Below, in pieces: positions 18,301 through 27,076 of a stretch of DNA of 60,068 bases. The DNA comes from a virus. Lineage: Duplodnaviria > Caudoviricetes. A model generated the notes under the pieces. That model did not search any database. It was not told the DNA's origin and saw only the letters and a program-made list of their open reading frames with translations. How positions within the stretch are numbered: position 1 is the first letter of the stretch; every line of letters begins with the position of its first letter. Location of the stretch: positions 1-60,068 of IMG/VR virus record IMGVR_UViG_3300009509_000023. The stretch is one strand, 5' to 3'. The position numbers and the translations under genes are program-made.

Positions 18301-20759
18301 GGACGCTTCAACCGTGGGTGGACCTCGACCCCTCGAAAGGCACTCTCGAGGACGTTTCTCCGAAGTCTCTTACCGACCAGCAAAAGAAGGACGTGGCAAC
18401 AGATCACCTCATGGACTGGGCTCTTTCGCAGCACGACTCCTACGACGGGAACATGGTGTATTCCGCAGACGGTCATATTTTGTCCATCGACAAGGAGCAG
18501 GGCTTCAAGTTTTTCGGGAAGGATGAGCTATCGTCGACGTACAACCCGAACCCCATCGAGCCTTTTTACAACAAGTTCTGGCGCGATTTCGCCGACAACA
18601 AGATGGACTTCGATCCCAAAGTGATGAAGGACGCTCTCGATAAAATTCGAGAGATCAATCCGCAAGACTATGTCAATATGGTCCGGCCTTACGCGGAGAC
18701 CTATTTCAAAGGGGACAAGAAGGCTCAGCGCCAGTTCCTTCGGAAGGTACTCTCTCGAAAGCTCCATCTCGAGGCCGACTTCGAGGAGTTCATCACGGGG
18801 CTCTACAAAAAACGGACGAAGCAGGGTGGGAAGTTCACTTTCGACAAGGGGTGGTTGCCTACCGATGCTCCCGCTGAGCCCGGTGAAGAGGAGGAAGAGG
18901 AGAAGCTAGTCTTTACAGGTAAGAAATCCGTGAATCTCGTAACGGGAAGTGGAAATGCTATTCCTACCGAGGAGTTCCTGAAGCACTTGAAGTTCAAATG
19001 GGGAATCAAAAAATACCACGCGCACAACCCCGACACTGGTGCGGAAGATCCGAGCTATCCCTATGTCACGCTGAAAGTCGAGATTACCCAAGCCGACCAG
19101 CTGAAGCGCTTTCTGAAGAAAGCGGGTTTGAAGCCTCAGCCGATCCTGAAGGACGGCGCTACCGAGTTGACGGGCCAGTACTACTACATGACTCCGGTCA
19201 AAAAATCGGACTGGGAGAATCTGGTATTCGAGGACACGCCATATGTCACGCCTCTCGGTGGGAGCTATGGTTCGTATGATCCTACCACTGCGGAGTTTCC
19301 ACAACAGCCAGACCAACCAAAGCATTTCGGAACCACGGTTGAATTTGAACCTCCAGAAGCGAAGCCTAATGTGCAAATTCTAAATAAAAAGGCAGAGCAG
19401 CTAGCCGAGGACCCGAAAGTGAAGCAGGTGAACGGGACCGTGATTGGATTTGATGGTGGGGACGTGGAAGGGGCTAACGGCCGTCTTAGAAAGTATAAAG
19501 ACGCGAAAGGATTTTACCTACAAAAGCAGTTCAAAATGAGGAGAGAGCAGTGGGAAGATGTGAACAAGGCTCTAGAGGAGCAACCTTCGGATGAGCGAAA
19601 GTGGAAGCCTGAGAGTTTCAAGTTCTACACCGGTCCGTACAGCAAAAAGTCCGGAGCTGTGGAACTTGGAACGACTATGGTTCACAGTTCGGCAGAGTTC
19701 AATGCCTTCAAGTTTTCTTTCAAAGAGGGTGATCTGTATATAGCGAGAATCGGATCAGGCACTGCGAAGTCTTTCACCCCGTACAGCTTCGTGGCTAGTG
19801 TGGTGGCACAGATACGCGATATGAGTGTGGATGCATTGGCGACGTTGAAGAAGTGGTTGAACAAAGTAATGGATGGGCTCGGGGACAAGCTGTTCAAGCC
19901 ACCTACAAAAGCAGAGATCGAGCGGAAAAAGTTGTTCCGCTTGGCGTGGGTCTTTGGTGGGAACAAAGCCCACTCATTGAAGGCGAACAATACGACGAAG
20001 ATAGTTCGTTCTAAAGCTGAAGCCTACCTGCAAGAGCAATCGAAATACATGAAGGATGGAGGCTACACACTGGATGAGGCCCTAGCGCTGATGGAGGAGC
20101 AGGAGGTTCTTCCAGGCTATTCCACGCACGTGCTTCCGGGAAGGTGGAGAAAACTTGCACAGGGAAAGGTGTGGTTTGTACATCAGGGATTCGATTTGGC
20201 GGTTATACCGTCGATAGCTCGATCGGGGCTTCTTGGAATTCATATGCGGAATCAGCTGGGGGTCTATTCTCCATCGAAGGGCAGCTCGTTCGGAACGGAT
20301 ACAAACACCGGTGCCGGAGATCAAACGTTATGTCGTTTGGCTACATCGCAGTACGCCAGCAAGAGCCCAGAGGCGATCAACCTCTACGGGGAGTGCATCG
20401 CCGTCGTTCATCCCGAAGTGGCAGACCGATTGGACACCTATTTTTACAATGGAGACAAGTACGGAAAGTGCTGCCCGACGGCGACGGAGTGGAAACACAT
20501 CCAACCTTTGGAGGAGAAAATTCACTCCACCTATCTGGACGTGAATAACGAAATAATGTTCCGCCAGGGTATTGACGTGAGGAAAATTCTCCGCATCGTG
20601 GTAAAGAACGGAGAGCCGTATCGCCAGAAAGCTCTCAAGATATGCCAAAATGCTAATGTGACAGAAGTGAACGGAATTCCGGTGGCGGAATTCATTGTTA
20701 CCGCAAGTAACGGTCAGGAGATCTGGGATAAATACGTAAAGCCCATAGCGGGGATATGA
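15333..20759 (+). CDS. Giant multidomain protein: N-terminal repeats, atypical (PI3K/HipA-like) kinase domain, C-terminal ADP-ribosyltransferase-like domain
   Basis: 1808-aa ORF. At least six DxNG...LP repeats; kinase motifs GLGGAG, YIFKP, QE, HDSYDGN, SID; C-terminal FVHQ..SIARSGLL...NEIMFRQGI. Confidence 0.7.
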   Translation: MSMMPAGILIEAKKPNPENFVPVFDFSSKVVWVWVKNPGGKVVGPVEVPHKNVNKYAGKLGWPATKIEYVGQIDPTTYSSWKTDIFNPNWKSEKDPGDEDPIVGVYAPPVVAEPKKKKPKGASKAFLQGLASLSEPEHPKEFTLTGKKDPNGHPTVINSETDETFTVLPSGGYGKWEDEEGVYYIAKKSKEGWSIHLDSPVYAPEDVVLKKEPEAAKEKTPEEFELPPNYSVSKVDPDYVMAKTPDGTEVQWIKILNMWVHADNPTKEHDPLEAAHTPEKAPEPETKKGQPSTKKPPQKAVVASEPEEEPALLKYTGHVDPNGFPLVNEYDEVDEDEIVNIELTLLPDDRAARWRSSYGDYLLYEYDPHEGYIFSLSGETMLPEDVKALMKKLSLTVKNGKYHKVSYAGAEKPETPSYQVPLPGHCKLIGKKDANGLQMVETVPEDEEDEDVKILSLLPDSRLGEWDEQTKKYQIWSWFAIMGFYDYYPTQPSVFVGLKEVQKLIAQVPAPAPTPEQVPPPPPSMPYGDSKKKWSSKEFKALQFLMSHTPHLKGYDVQPYSDPNGMVWLKDKHDGANRTLLPTLAVAVWNGTTYEAVSPDNYGLVHKGDLFTVEQAKALKGKVEALKKKAGEQGLLKPTGETDPNGYPIGEYKSGTYTMLPDNQVGIWLNDKGLYSIYELDPEDGYYHPTSKEWLVPGKHASVATANISGLDLAQVKDSDGNVAIVLPHGLFVAPTLTGPHAGQFVLQAVDPKTKLFTPTDKAVSPQQIKAALGDADFDDMAYKSLKPTGEVDINGLPTYKVVKGADAGKNFSLLPDGWFASWRPKKNAYVKFQFVSLSPEYDDYWEPTDKWVQLSDLDAMYLKQSEVSILGGEEGAEEEEPEEVPEPIPEKPAPVSELSKALEGKLPDVSKLKYLGPGSKFGLGGAGKKDIYEDKSTKKRYIFKPAYVKGSKKVEEFRAHAQEAASALALAIRPEHVPVKMVTLKGVVGTLQPWVDLDPSKGTLEDVSPKSLTDQQKKDVATDHLMDWALSQHDSYDGNMVYSADGHILSIDKEQGFKFFGKDELSSTYNPNPIEPFYNKFWRDFADNKMDFDPKVMKDALDKIREINPQDYVNMVRPYAETYFKGDKKAQRQFLRKVLSRKLHLEADFEEFITGLYKKRTKQGGKFTFDKGWLPTDAPAEPGEEEEEEKLVFTGKKSVNLVTGSGNAIPTEEFLKHLKFKWGIKKYHAHNPDTGAEDPSYPYVTLKVEITQADQLKRFLKKAGLKPQPILKDGATELTGQYYYMTPVKKSDWENLVFEDTPYVTPLGGSYGSYDPTTAEFPQQPDQPKHFGTTVEFEPPEAKPNVQILNKKAEQLAEDPKVKQVNGTVIGFDGGDVEGANGRLRKYKDAKGFYLQKQFKMRREQWEDVNKALEEQPSDERKWKPESFKFYTGPYSKKSGAVELGTTMVHSSAEFNAFKFSFKEGDLYIARIGSGTAKSFTPYSFVASVVAQIRDMSVDALATLKKWLNKVMDGLGDKLFKPPTKAEIERKKLFRLAWVFGGNKAHSLKANNTTKIVRSKAEAYLQEQSKYMKDGGYTLDEALALMEEQEVLPGYSTHVLPGRWRKLAQGKVWFVHQGFDLAVIPSIARSGLLGIHMRNQLGVYSPSKGSSFGTDTNTGAGDQTLCRLATSQYASKSPEAINLYGECIAVVHPEVADRLDTYFYNGDKYGKCCPTATEWKHIQPLEEKIHSTYLDVNNEIMFRQGIDVRKILRIVVKNGEPYRQKALKICQNANVTEVNGIPVAEFIVTASNGQEIWDKYVKPIAGI

Positions 20760-21157
20760 TGTCGTTGAACTACAAACAGACCTATGTGATGCACGACTAC
20801 TCCGATCCTGAGAACAAGGTGACGGTTATCGTGCTGGCTCCAAGGACGATAGATTACGACGGGATACGATACTTGCAGGTGAAGTTTCCTGCGGTAATTC
20901 CGGGGCATGGCGGCCACTCTATTCGTAATCCGATAATTCTAGAGGACAACGAAGACGGATCTGTTCGAGTAGAATCGGATGAAGGTGGAGAGTATCTGTT
21001 TCAGCTTCTCACCGTCGATCTGTTGAAGAGGTATTTTCCGGACGACGCCGCGGACCCGGAAATACTCACACCAGCTACAACAGATTCGTGGTTACGGTGG
21101 TGGTATTACCAGAATTTTGTAGATGAAGAGAGCTGGCCAGAGCATCTTGAAGTATGA
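20756..21157 (+). CDS. Hypothetical acidic protein coupled to the giant gene
   Basis: ATGA overlap with the giant ORF stop; 133 aa. Confidence 0.65.
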   Translation: MMSLNYKQTYVMHDYSDPENKVTVIVLAPRTIDYDGIRYLQVKFPAVIPGHGGHSIRNPIILEDNEDGSVRVESDEGGEYLFQLLTVDLLKRYFPDDAADPEILTPATTDSWLRWWYYQNFVDEESWPEHLEV

Positions 21158-21402
21158 AAGCTCACCTAGCCATAGTCCCCTCAGATCGAGTATCAGCGTC
21201 CGAGTTCTTGTCCATTCTACGAGAGAGTGCTATCCCCGTGGAGGTAGAAGGATGGGGACGGGCAATATCCTCGGTCGAAGGTCGTGTTATTGAAGACGTG
21301 GTCGTGATTCGTCTTCCAAAAGAAGTGAGACGTAGAGTTGAAATTCGAGCCGACCTGTGCGGGATCGGAGTCCACCCCCTAAAACCTGTTGCACTTCAAT
21401 AG
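21154..21402 (+). CDS. Small hypothetical protein
   Basis: ATGA overlap; 82 aa. Confidence 0.55.
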   Translation: MKAHLAIVPSDRVSASEFLSILRESAIPVEVEGWGRAISSVEGRVIEDVVVIRLPKEVRRRVEIRADLCGIGVHPLKPVALQ

Positions 21403-21417
21403 CAAACGTGCTACAGT
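21389..21417 (+). promoter_or_regulatory. Sigma70-like promoter with extended -10, upstream of the HTH and polA genes
   Basis: TTGCAC (21389-21394), 17 nt, TG-C-TACAGT (21412-21417). Confidence 0.55.
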
Positions 21418-21470
21418 ACCTTCATAACTTGCTGGAAGTTGCTACTTCCACCCGGATAGGAGATCGAACG

Positions 21471-21848
21471 ATGGCCGATGAAACGAAGGTAAAGAGCGTG
21501 GCCGAAGCGGTGAGACGAGCCAAGAAGGGACCGGCTAAGAAGAGGTCCTCCAAGAAGGCTCCGAAATCGAAGTCGAAGACAAAGACGAAGCTTTCTGTCA
21601 GCCAGCTGAACGAGAAGGAAGAGCTGGTCTTGTCGATCCTGAACGGGGCCGGCTCAGGCATACGGCTGATTCTCACGATTGCCGAGCTGGCCGAGACGTG
21701 TTTCAAGTCGCAAGGTCCGAAGCAGAGCAACTCGTGGGTTCGCAACTCTCTCCGTCGCCTGGTTCAACAGGGACTAGTCGAGAAGACGGATCGAGGAAAG
21801 TACCGCGTGTCCGACGCAGGCCGACGGGGGCTCGCCAAAGCAGCCTAA
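21471..21848 (+). CDS. Winged-HTH DNA-binding protein with Lys-rich N-terminus
   Basis: RBS AGGAG; LNEKEELVL...LTIAELA...VRNSLRRLVQQGLVEKTDRGKY. Confidence 0.75.
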   Translation: MADETKVKSVAEAVRRAKKGPAKKRSSKKAPKSKSKTKTKLSVSQLNEKEELVLSILNGAGSGIRLILTIAELAETCFKSQGPKQSNSWVRNSLRRLVQQGLVEKTDRGKYRVSDAGRRGLAKAA

Positions 21849-23642
21849 ATGGACTACGAATTCATCACCCGTCACGAGGATCTTCCTCGCGTTGCTCAGA
21901 TTCTGAGCGACGCTCCGGTAATAGGGTTCGACATCGAGACCACGGCCCTAGATCCTCGATACGGCGACATCCGCCTTATGCAGTTCATTGTGCCCGGAGA
22001 GAAGAACAACGGGCGAGGTGACATCTACGTCATCGATCTGTTCGAGACGAAGGGGGCCGGTCCGATAGTCCAAGCGCTATCCGACACCGAGGCAGTTTTC
22101 GTGATCCACAACGCCAAGTTCGAGCAGAAATGGATGTGGTGGAAATATCGCCTTCGACTGTGGCCCGTATTCTGCTCTTTCCGTGCGAGCGCATTGATCT
22201 ACAACGGGAAGAAGGGGCTGAAGCACGACCTGGATTCTGTGGTCATTCGCGAGGTGGCGGAGAGGCCCCAGAACACGGGGCAGGGTGCGTCGGACTGGTC
22301 GGGGACGCTATCTCAGAAGCAAAAGGACTACGCCGCGGAAGACGTTCTGCGCCTTCTCATTCTTCGGAACATCCTGAAGCATAAGCTGCGAGAGTACAGC
22401 CTGTTGAAGGTCGCACTGATAGAGTTCAGGGTCGTTTTTCCGGAGTGTCGTGTGGAGCTGAACGGGTTCGCCCTCGACCGAGATCAATGGAAGAAGGTAG
22501 CTCAAGAGTACAGAATAAAGCGAACGAAGCTTCGAGAGGAACTGCTAGAAAAACTCGTACATCCTCAAGAGCAGCTGGCACTGCCGGGCATGGTCGGGGC
22601 GTGGAACATCGACTCACCGAAGCAGATGCTCGATGCGCTGCGCAAGATGGGTCTCAAAATCGAGAGCACCCGAGAGATCGAGCTAGCGCAGCACGTGTCC
22701 CGCCACCCATTTTTGAAGAAGATATTCGACTACCGACACGTGGCCCAGCGAGTGAAGACCTACGGAATGTCGTTTCTTCGGCACGTGGAGTCGGACGGCC
22801 GCATCCACCCCGACTACTATGGCCAGCTTGTCACGGGTCGATATTCCGCGAATAGAAGTTTGCAGCAGATACCTCGAGCGGCGGAGTTCCGAAGGTGCTT
22901 CACTCCGCCGCCGGGTCGGAAGCTCGTCGGATCGGACTACTCCGGAATCGAGATGCGACTGTGCGCCGAGATATCAGGAGACGAGCAGCTCACTTTGGTT
23001 TTTGTGAAGGGGCAGGACGCGCACCGAGCGACGGCGTCGGTAATCATGGAGATACCTCCCGATGAGGTAACAAAGGGTGATCGCCAGAACGCGAAGCCGG
23101 TGAACTTCGGGTTCATCTATGGAATGATGCCCGACAAGCTGGTTCTCTACGCCATGAGCAACTACGGCGTCACCATGTCTACCTCCCAAGCCAAGAAGTA
23201 CCGCGAGCGTTATTTCGAGCGCTACCAGGGCATTGCTCTTTGGCACGCCCGAGTGCTCCGAGACGGGCAACGAGAGGGCTTCTCACGCACATTGAGCGGG
23301 CGCATCCGATACCTCGACCCTAACGAATCTCATAATGAATTTTATAACACACCAGTCCAAGGATCCGGCGCCGACGCGCTGAAAATATCGCTGTCGATCG
23401 TGCAGGACGAAATCGACAAAGTGTTCGGCGTAACCCCGGCGGAAACTCCCGACGGCCCTGTGCAGATCGTCCACCACGTGCACGATGAGATCATTTTAGA
23501 AGCTGATGATGACCACGAGATGATTGCAAAGTCGGAAAATATCCTCCACGACGGGATGAAGGAGGGGATGGAGCAGCTGATGAAGCGCGTACCTACCGAG
23601 GTGGAGCCGTCGAACGGGGCTTCGTGGGCCGATATACACTAA
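21849..23642 (+). CDS. polA: Family A DNA polymerase (3'-5' exonuclease plus polymerase, no 5' nuclease)
   Basis: ExoI FDIET, ExoII HNAKFE, ExoIII YAAED; TGR, LQQIPR, motif A SDYSGIEMR, motif B RQNAKPVNFGFIYG, motif C HVHDEI. Confidence 0.95.
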   Translation: MDYEFITRHEDLPRVAQILSDAPVIGFDIETTALDPRYGDIRLMQFIVPGEKNNGRGDIYVIDLFETKGAGPIVQALSDTEAVFVIHNAKFEQKWMWWKYRLRLWPVFCSFRASALIYNGKKGLKHDLDSVVIREVAERPQNTGQGASDWSGTLSQKQKDYAAEDVLRLLILRNILKHKLREYSLLKVALIEFRVVFPECRVELNGFALDRDQWKKVAQEYRIKRTKLREELLEKLVHPQEQLALPGMVGAWNIDSPKQMLDALRKMGLKIESTREIELAQHVSRHPFLKKIFDYRHVAQRVKTYGMSFLRHVESDGRIHPDYYGQLVTGRYSANRSLQQIPRAAEFRRCFTPPPGRKLVGSDYSGIEMRLCAEISGDEQLTLVFVKGQDAHRATASVIMEIPPDEVTKGDRQNAKPVNFGFIYGMMPDKLVLYAMSNYGVTMSTSQAKKYRERYFERYQGIALWHARVLRDGQREGFSRTLSGRIRYLDPNESHNEFYNTPVQGSGADALKISLSIVQDEIDKVFGVTPAETPDGPVQIVHHVHDEIILEADDDHEMIAKSENILHDGMKEGMEQLMKRVPTEVEPSNGASWADIH

Positions 23643-23705
23643 GACTTGATTTCTACCCATCTCACGATGCCACGGAGATGCTCACGAGAAAGAGGAACAG
23701 GACAC

Positions 23706-23978
23706 ATGAGCTACGATCCTTACGATGACATTCGCGCACCAAGGAGCGAGCACGAAGCCGTGGTGCTCGCGCCGCTCGAAGTCGTAGTGCAAGACGGCCG
23801 CCTGGACAAAGCGATCAAGAAGCTCAAGCGGAAGATGGCCGCGGAAGGTGTTCTAAAAGAGTTGAAGCGTCGCCGCCGAGCCATGAAGCCGAGCGCGGAG
23901 AGACGCAGGAAACAGGTCGACGCGGCAAGACGCCGGAGGAAGAGACAACGCGCCGCCGAAAAGGGGAGCAGAAAGTGA
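23706..23978 (+). CDS. rpsU: Ribosomal protein bS21 homolog
   Basis: EVVV...LDKAIKKLKRKMAAEGVLKELKRR...KPS.ERRRK...ARRR is the bS21 signature. Confidence 0.88.
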   Translation: MSYDPYDDIRAPRSEHEAVVLAPLEVVVQDGRLDKAIKKLKRKMAAEGVLKELKRRRRAMKPSAERRRKQVDAARRRRKRQRAAEKGSRK

Positions 23979-24029
23979 ATCGATCTCACCAGTACTAGCC
24001 CTTCCTGCCAGGTTCCACTATGATAGTCA

Positions 24030-24695
24030 GTGATGTCACGCATAAGAAAACGAAAGCGAGCGTTGCCTCCTAGCCGATCTGCAAGATTTCAAAAGTTGCG
24101 CGCGTTGGCGTGTTACCAGGAAGTGTATGATCGCATCTGCGCTGGATGGCCTCTCGCTCAAGTGGCTAGATTCATTCAGGAAGAGCGTCACGAATATCCC
24201 TCGATAACCAGGAATGGCTTGGAGCTGCAGCTCTCCGAGTTCCGTAAGACGATTCCGGCTGGAGACCTAGTCCAGAAGCGGTTTCCCGACGTGTTCGATC
24301 AGGCGAAGAAGAAAGTTGAAGAGGGCATCAACGAGCTGAAGGAGCTGGAAGAGCTGTACCGGATTCAAATGCACCGGGTCGGGGTCGACTTCGCCACGGA
24401 GAAGGGGATCAAAAAACTCATGCCGTCGATGACGGCGGAGATACGAGAAGCCAGGAACATTCTGAAGGATATGGCCGATCTGAAGATGGAGCTGGGGATA
24501 CTTCATCGAACGGCAAAAGGTGTCAACGTCAACGTGGATGTTGACGTAGAGGCATCGATGACCGAAGACGTGATGGCGAAGTTCGGGGATGGGGCTATCG
24601 GCGACGTGCTGAAGAATCCAGAATCCAGGCGCAAGGTGATGGGGGTTGTGGAGAGGTTTTTGAAGCTGCCCTCCCCCACAGAAGACACCAACTGA
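24030..24695 (+). CDS. Probable terminase small subunit
   Basis: Helical 221-aa protein with an HTH-like N-terminus, directly before terL (positional inference). Confidence 0.5.
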   Translation: MMSRIRKRKRALPPSRSARFQKLRALACYQEVYDRICAGWPLAQVARFIQEERHEYPSITRNGLELQLSEFRKTIPAGDLVQKRFPDVFDQAKKKVEEGINELKELEELYRIQMHRVGVDFATEKGIKKLMPSMTAEIREARNILKDMADLKMELGILHRTAKGVNVNVDVDVEASMTEDVMAKFGDGAIGDVLKNPESRRKVMGVVERFLKLPSPTEDTN

Positions 24696-24702
24696 GCATC
24701 CG

Positions 24703-26709
24703 ATGATAGAGTTTGAAAATGGTCATTGGCGGTCCATACGCACGCTGCAGGAAACGACTGCCCTTCTCGAGAGAGACATGGAGACCCTCACCGAGCCGGA
24801 GCGTGAAGCCATCAAATTGATAGTCGCCGAACTGTCTGATCCGACGGCCTCGGCGCATCTCCTACAGACGCTTGGCGATCTTGAGTGGGTGCGAACGCCG
24901 GTCGACATGGAGACGTTTTGCATGGACCCCTATTATTTGGGGAACACATGCGACACGATCTATCCGACATGGCTTCGAGACCTGTCCGAGATATTCTCTG
25001 GCGGATATCGGGAAGCCGTCTTTACAGGGGCCATCGGTACTGGGAAAACGTTCGCAGCGTCTGTTGGGATATGCCGCCTACTTTACATCCTCTCGTGTAT
25101 GCGAGACCCTCACCGGTCCTTCGGCATTGCGGCCAACTCGAACATCTCGATTGTTTGTCTGTCCGTGAACGAAATTCTGGCGACCAAGGTTGCCTACGAG
25201 AACATCGCCACGAAGATCGAGGCCAGTCCTTATTTCCAGGAAAACTTCCCCTTCGAGAAGACGAAGAAGGAGCTACGATTTCCAAAGAAGGTGTGGGTGG
25301 CCGCGCGCGCGAGCAACGACGGGTCGGTTCTTGGTCTGAACGTCATATCGTGTCTACTCGACGAAACCAACTTCATGCCCAAGGCCAGCAAAGGGCAGGA
25401 CCCTCGGTTCAACCTGCAGGACCGGGCTGAAGTTCTATACAATGCGATTCAGCGCCGGATGAAGTCCAGGTTCGAGCGAAAGGGCCAGCTGCCTGGCATT
25501 CTGTTTGTCGTGTCGTCGAAGCAGACCCATGATGACTTCACAGCCAGACGGATAAAAGAATCGATCAAGGACCCCACTGTGTTTGTGGCTGACTACGCAC
25601 TGTGGGATACCAAGCCTGAAGAATACTATACCGGAGAGTGGTTCCATGTCGTTGTCGGGAACGAACAGGCTCCGAGTCGAATCATCGGGGACGACGAAGA
25701 CATCGATGAAGTGAAGGTGATGCTCCCGGAAGATTGCGTCGTCATCGAGGTTCCAAAGGACTTCTACGTCGATTTCGAGAAGGACATGGAAGGTGCTATC
25801 CGAGACCTGGCTGGTGTGGCTACGGTGTCGGTAAGCCCGTACATTCAAAGACGAACAAAGATCGTCAGCGCCATTGACAAGAAATTGAAGCATCCGTTCA
25901 GCGTCGAGATCTACGACCCCTCACAGCCGGGGCAATTCTACTGGCACAAGATGCTTCGTCCCGCCAACGACGCTGAGGCCGGGATGCGTCCAATCATCAA
26001 TCCCTACGCTCCGAGACATATACACATCGACCCGTCGCTGACAGGGGACTCAACTGGGTTCGCGATGGGCCACATATCTGGGTGGGTAGAAGTGGTTCGT
26101 CGCGATGACGAGGGGAACAAATATCCAGAGAGGGCTCCCGACATCACGGTCGACGTGGCGTTGAGAATAGTCCCTCCCATTGGAAGCGAGATCATTCTAG
26201 GCGATGTAAGAAAACTCGTTTACCAGCTCTCCAAACATGGGTACATGATCACGTGTGTGTCCATCGACGCGTGGAATTCTGCCGACGCGATCCAGAAATT
26301 GAATCAGAGGGGGTTCAACGCGATGCAGCTATCGGTGGATCGGACGATGGGGCCTTACGACCTGCTCAAGACAGCCCTCTATGAGGATCGACTGCACTAC
26401 TACGAGTACGAGCCTCTATTACAGGAGCTTCGAGAGTTGGAGCACGATCGCGCGAAGAAGAAGGTCGACCACCCTCTTCGCGGGAGCAAGGACGTGTCCG
26501 ACGCGGTAGCTGGAATCACATGGACGCTGACTGAGAACTCGTCTTCTCTGCCTCTGTCCATTCTTCGAAGTATTCCGGATCAAGGTGACATGTGGATGCA
26601 GGAGCATCAGCAGGCGGCTCTCGCTCGAAGCTACGGGAGCGAGGACACCTCAGACATGCAAGAAGAGTTGACAGCACTCCCACCATTTTTGATAGGTTCT
26701 GGTGGGTGA
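24703..26709 (+). CDS. terL: Terminase large subunit
   Basis: GAIGTGKT Walker A, LLDE Walker B, VSS, nuclease HIDP..D, KVDHP..GSKDVSDAVAG. Confidence 0.93.
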   Translation: MIEFENGHWRSIRTLQETTALLERDMETLTEPEREAIKLIVAELSDPTASAHLLQTLGDLEWVRTPVDMETFCMDPYYLGNTCDTIYPTWLRDLSEIFSGGYREAVFTGAIGTGKTFAASVGICRLLYILSCMRDPHRSFGIAANSNISIVCLSVNEILATKVAYENIATKIEASPYFQENFPFEKTKKELRFPKKVWVAARASNDGSVLGLNVISCLLDETNFMPKASKGQDPRFNLQDRAEVLYNAIQRRMKSRFERKGQLPGILFVVSSKQTHDDFTARRIKESIKDPTVFVADYALWDTKPEEYYTGEWFHVVVGNEQAPSRIIGDDEDIDEVKVMLPEDCVVIEVPKDFYVDFEKDMEGAIRDLAGVATVSVSPYIQRRTKIVSAIDKKLKHPFSVEIYDPSQPGQFYWHKMLRPANDAEAGMRPIINPYAPRHIHIDPSLTGDSTGFAMGHISGWVEVVRRDDEGNKYPERAPDITVDVALRIVPPIGSEIILGDVRKLVYQLSKHGYMITCVSIDAWNSADAIQKLNQRGFNAMQLSVDRTMGPYDLLKTALYEDRLHYYEYEPLLQELRELEHDRAKKKVDHPLRGSKDVSDAVAGITWTLTENSSSLPLSILRSIPDQGDMWMQEHQQAALARSYGSEDTSDMQEELTALPPFLIGSGG

Positions 26710-26734
26710 CGACTTCTCGTGGTAATAGAGGACT

Positions 26735-27076
26735 ATGGACGACAAACTCAGACAGCAATTGAATGAGATCTTCGGCGGGGCCATGAACGTGGCTCCCGGA
26801 GGGACGGGTGCTGTTCTGACTCGTCCTTCGAAGCTGTCCATGGATATAGCCCAGCAGGCCGTGAAGGAAATGCCTCTCGACGGAATTTATCGAGGGCTCG
26901 GCTCCGTCGCAGCGGAAGTTCTAGCAAACGAGTTGGAGATGAAGGCTCTCCGCCCAGCCGACTACGCTAACCTGCCGGATCTTCCAAAGGTTGTGGCGAA
27001 GCGTCTCGTGAGCTATCTTCTTCGATCAGAGAAGTTTGCTCGCTCGTTTTCAGAGAGCCTGGCTGCGAGGGGATAG
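26735..27076 (+). CDS. Hypothetical head-module protein
   Basis: RBS GAGGA; lies between terL and portal. Confidence 0.65.
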   Translation: MDDKLRQQLNEIFGGAMNVAPGGTGAVLTRPSKLSMDIAQQAVKEMPLDGIYRGLGSVAAEVLANELEMKALRPADYANLPDLPKVVAKRLVSYLLRSEKFARSFSESLAARG

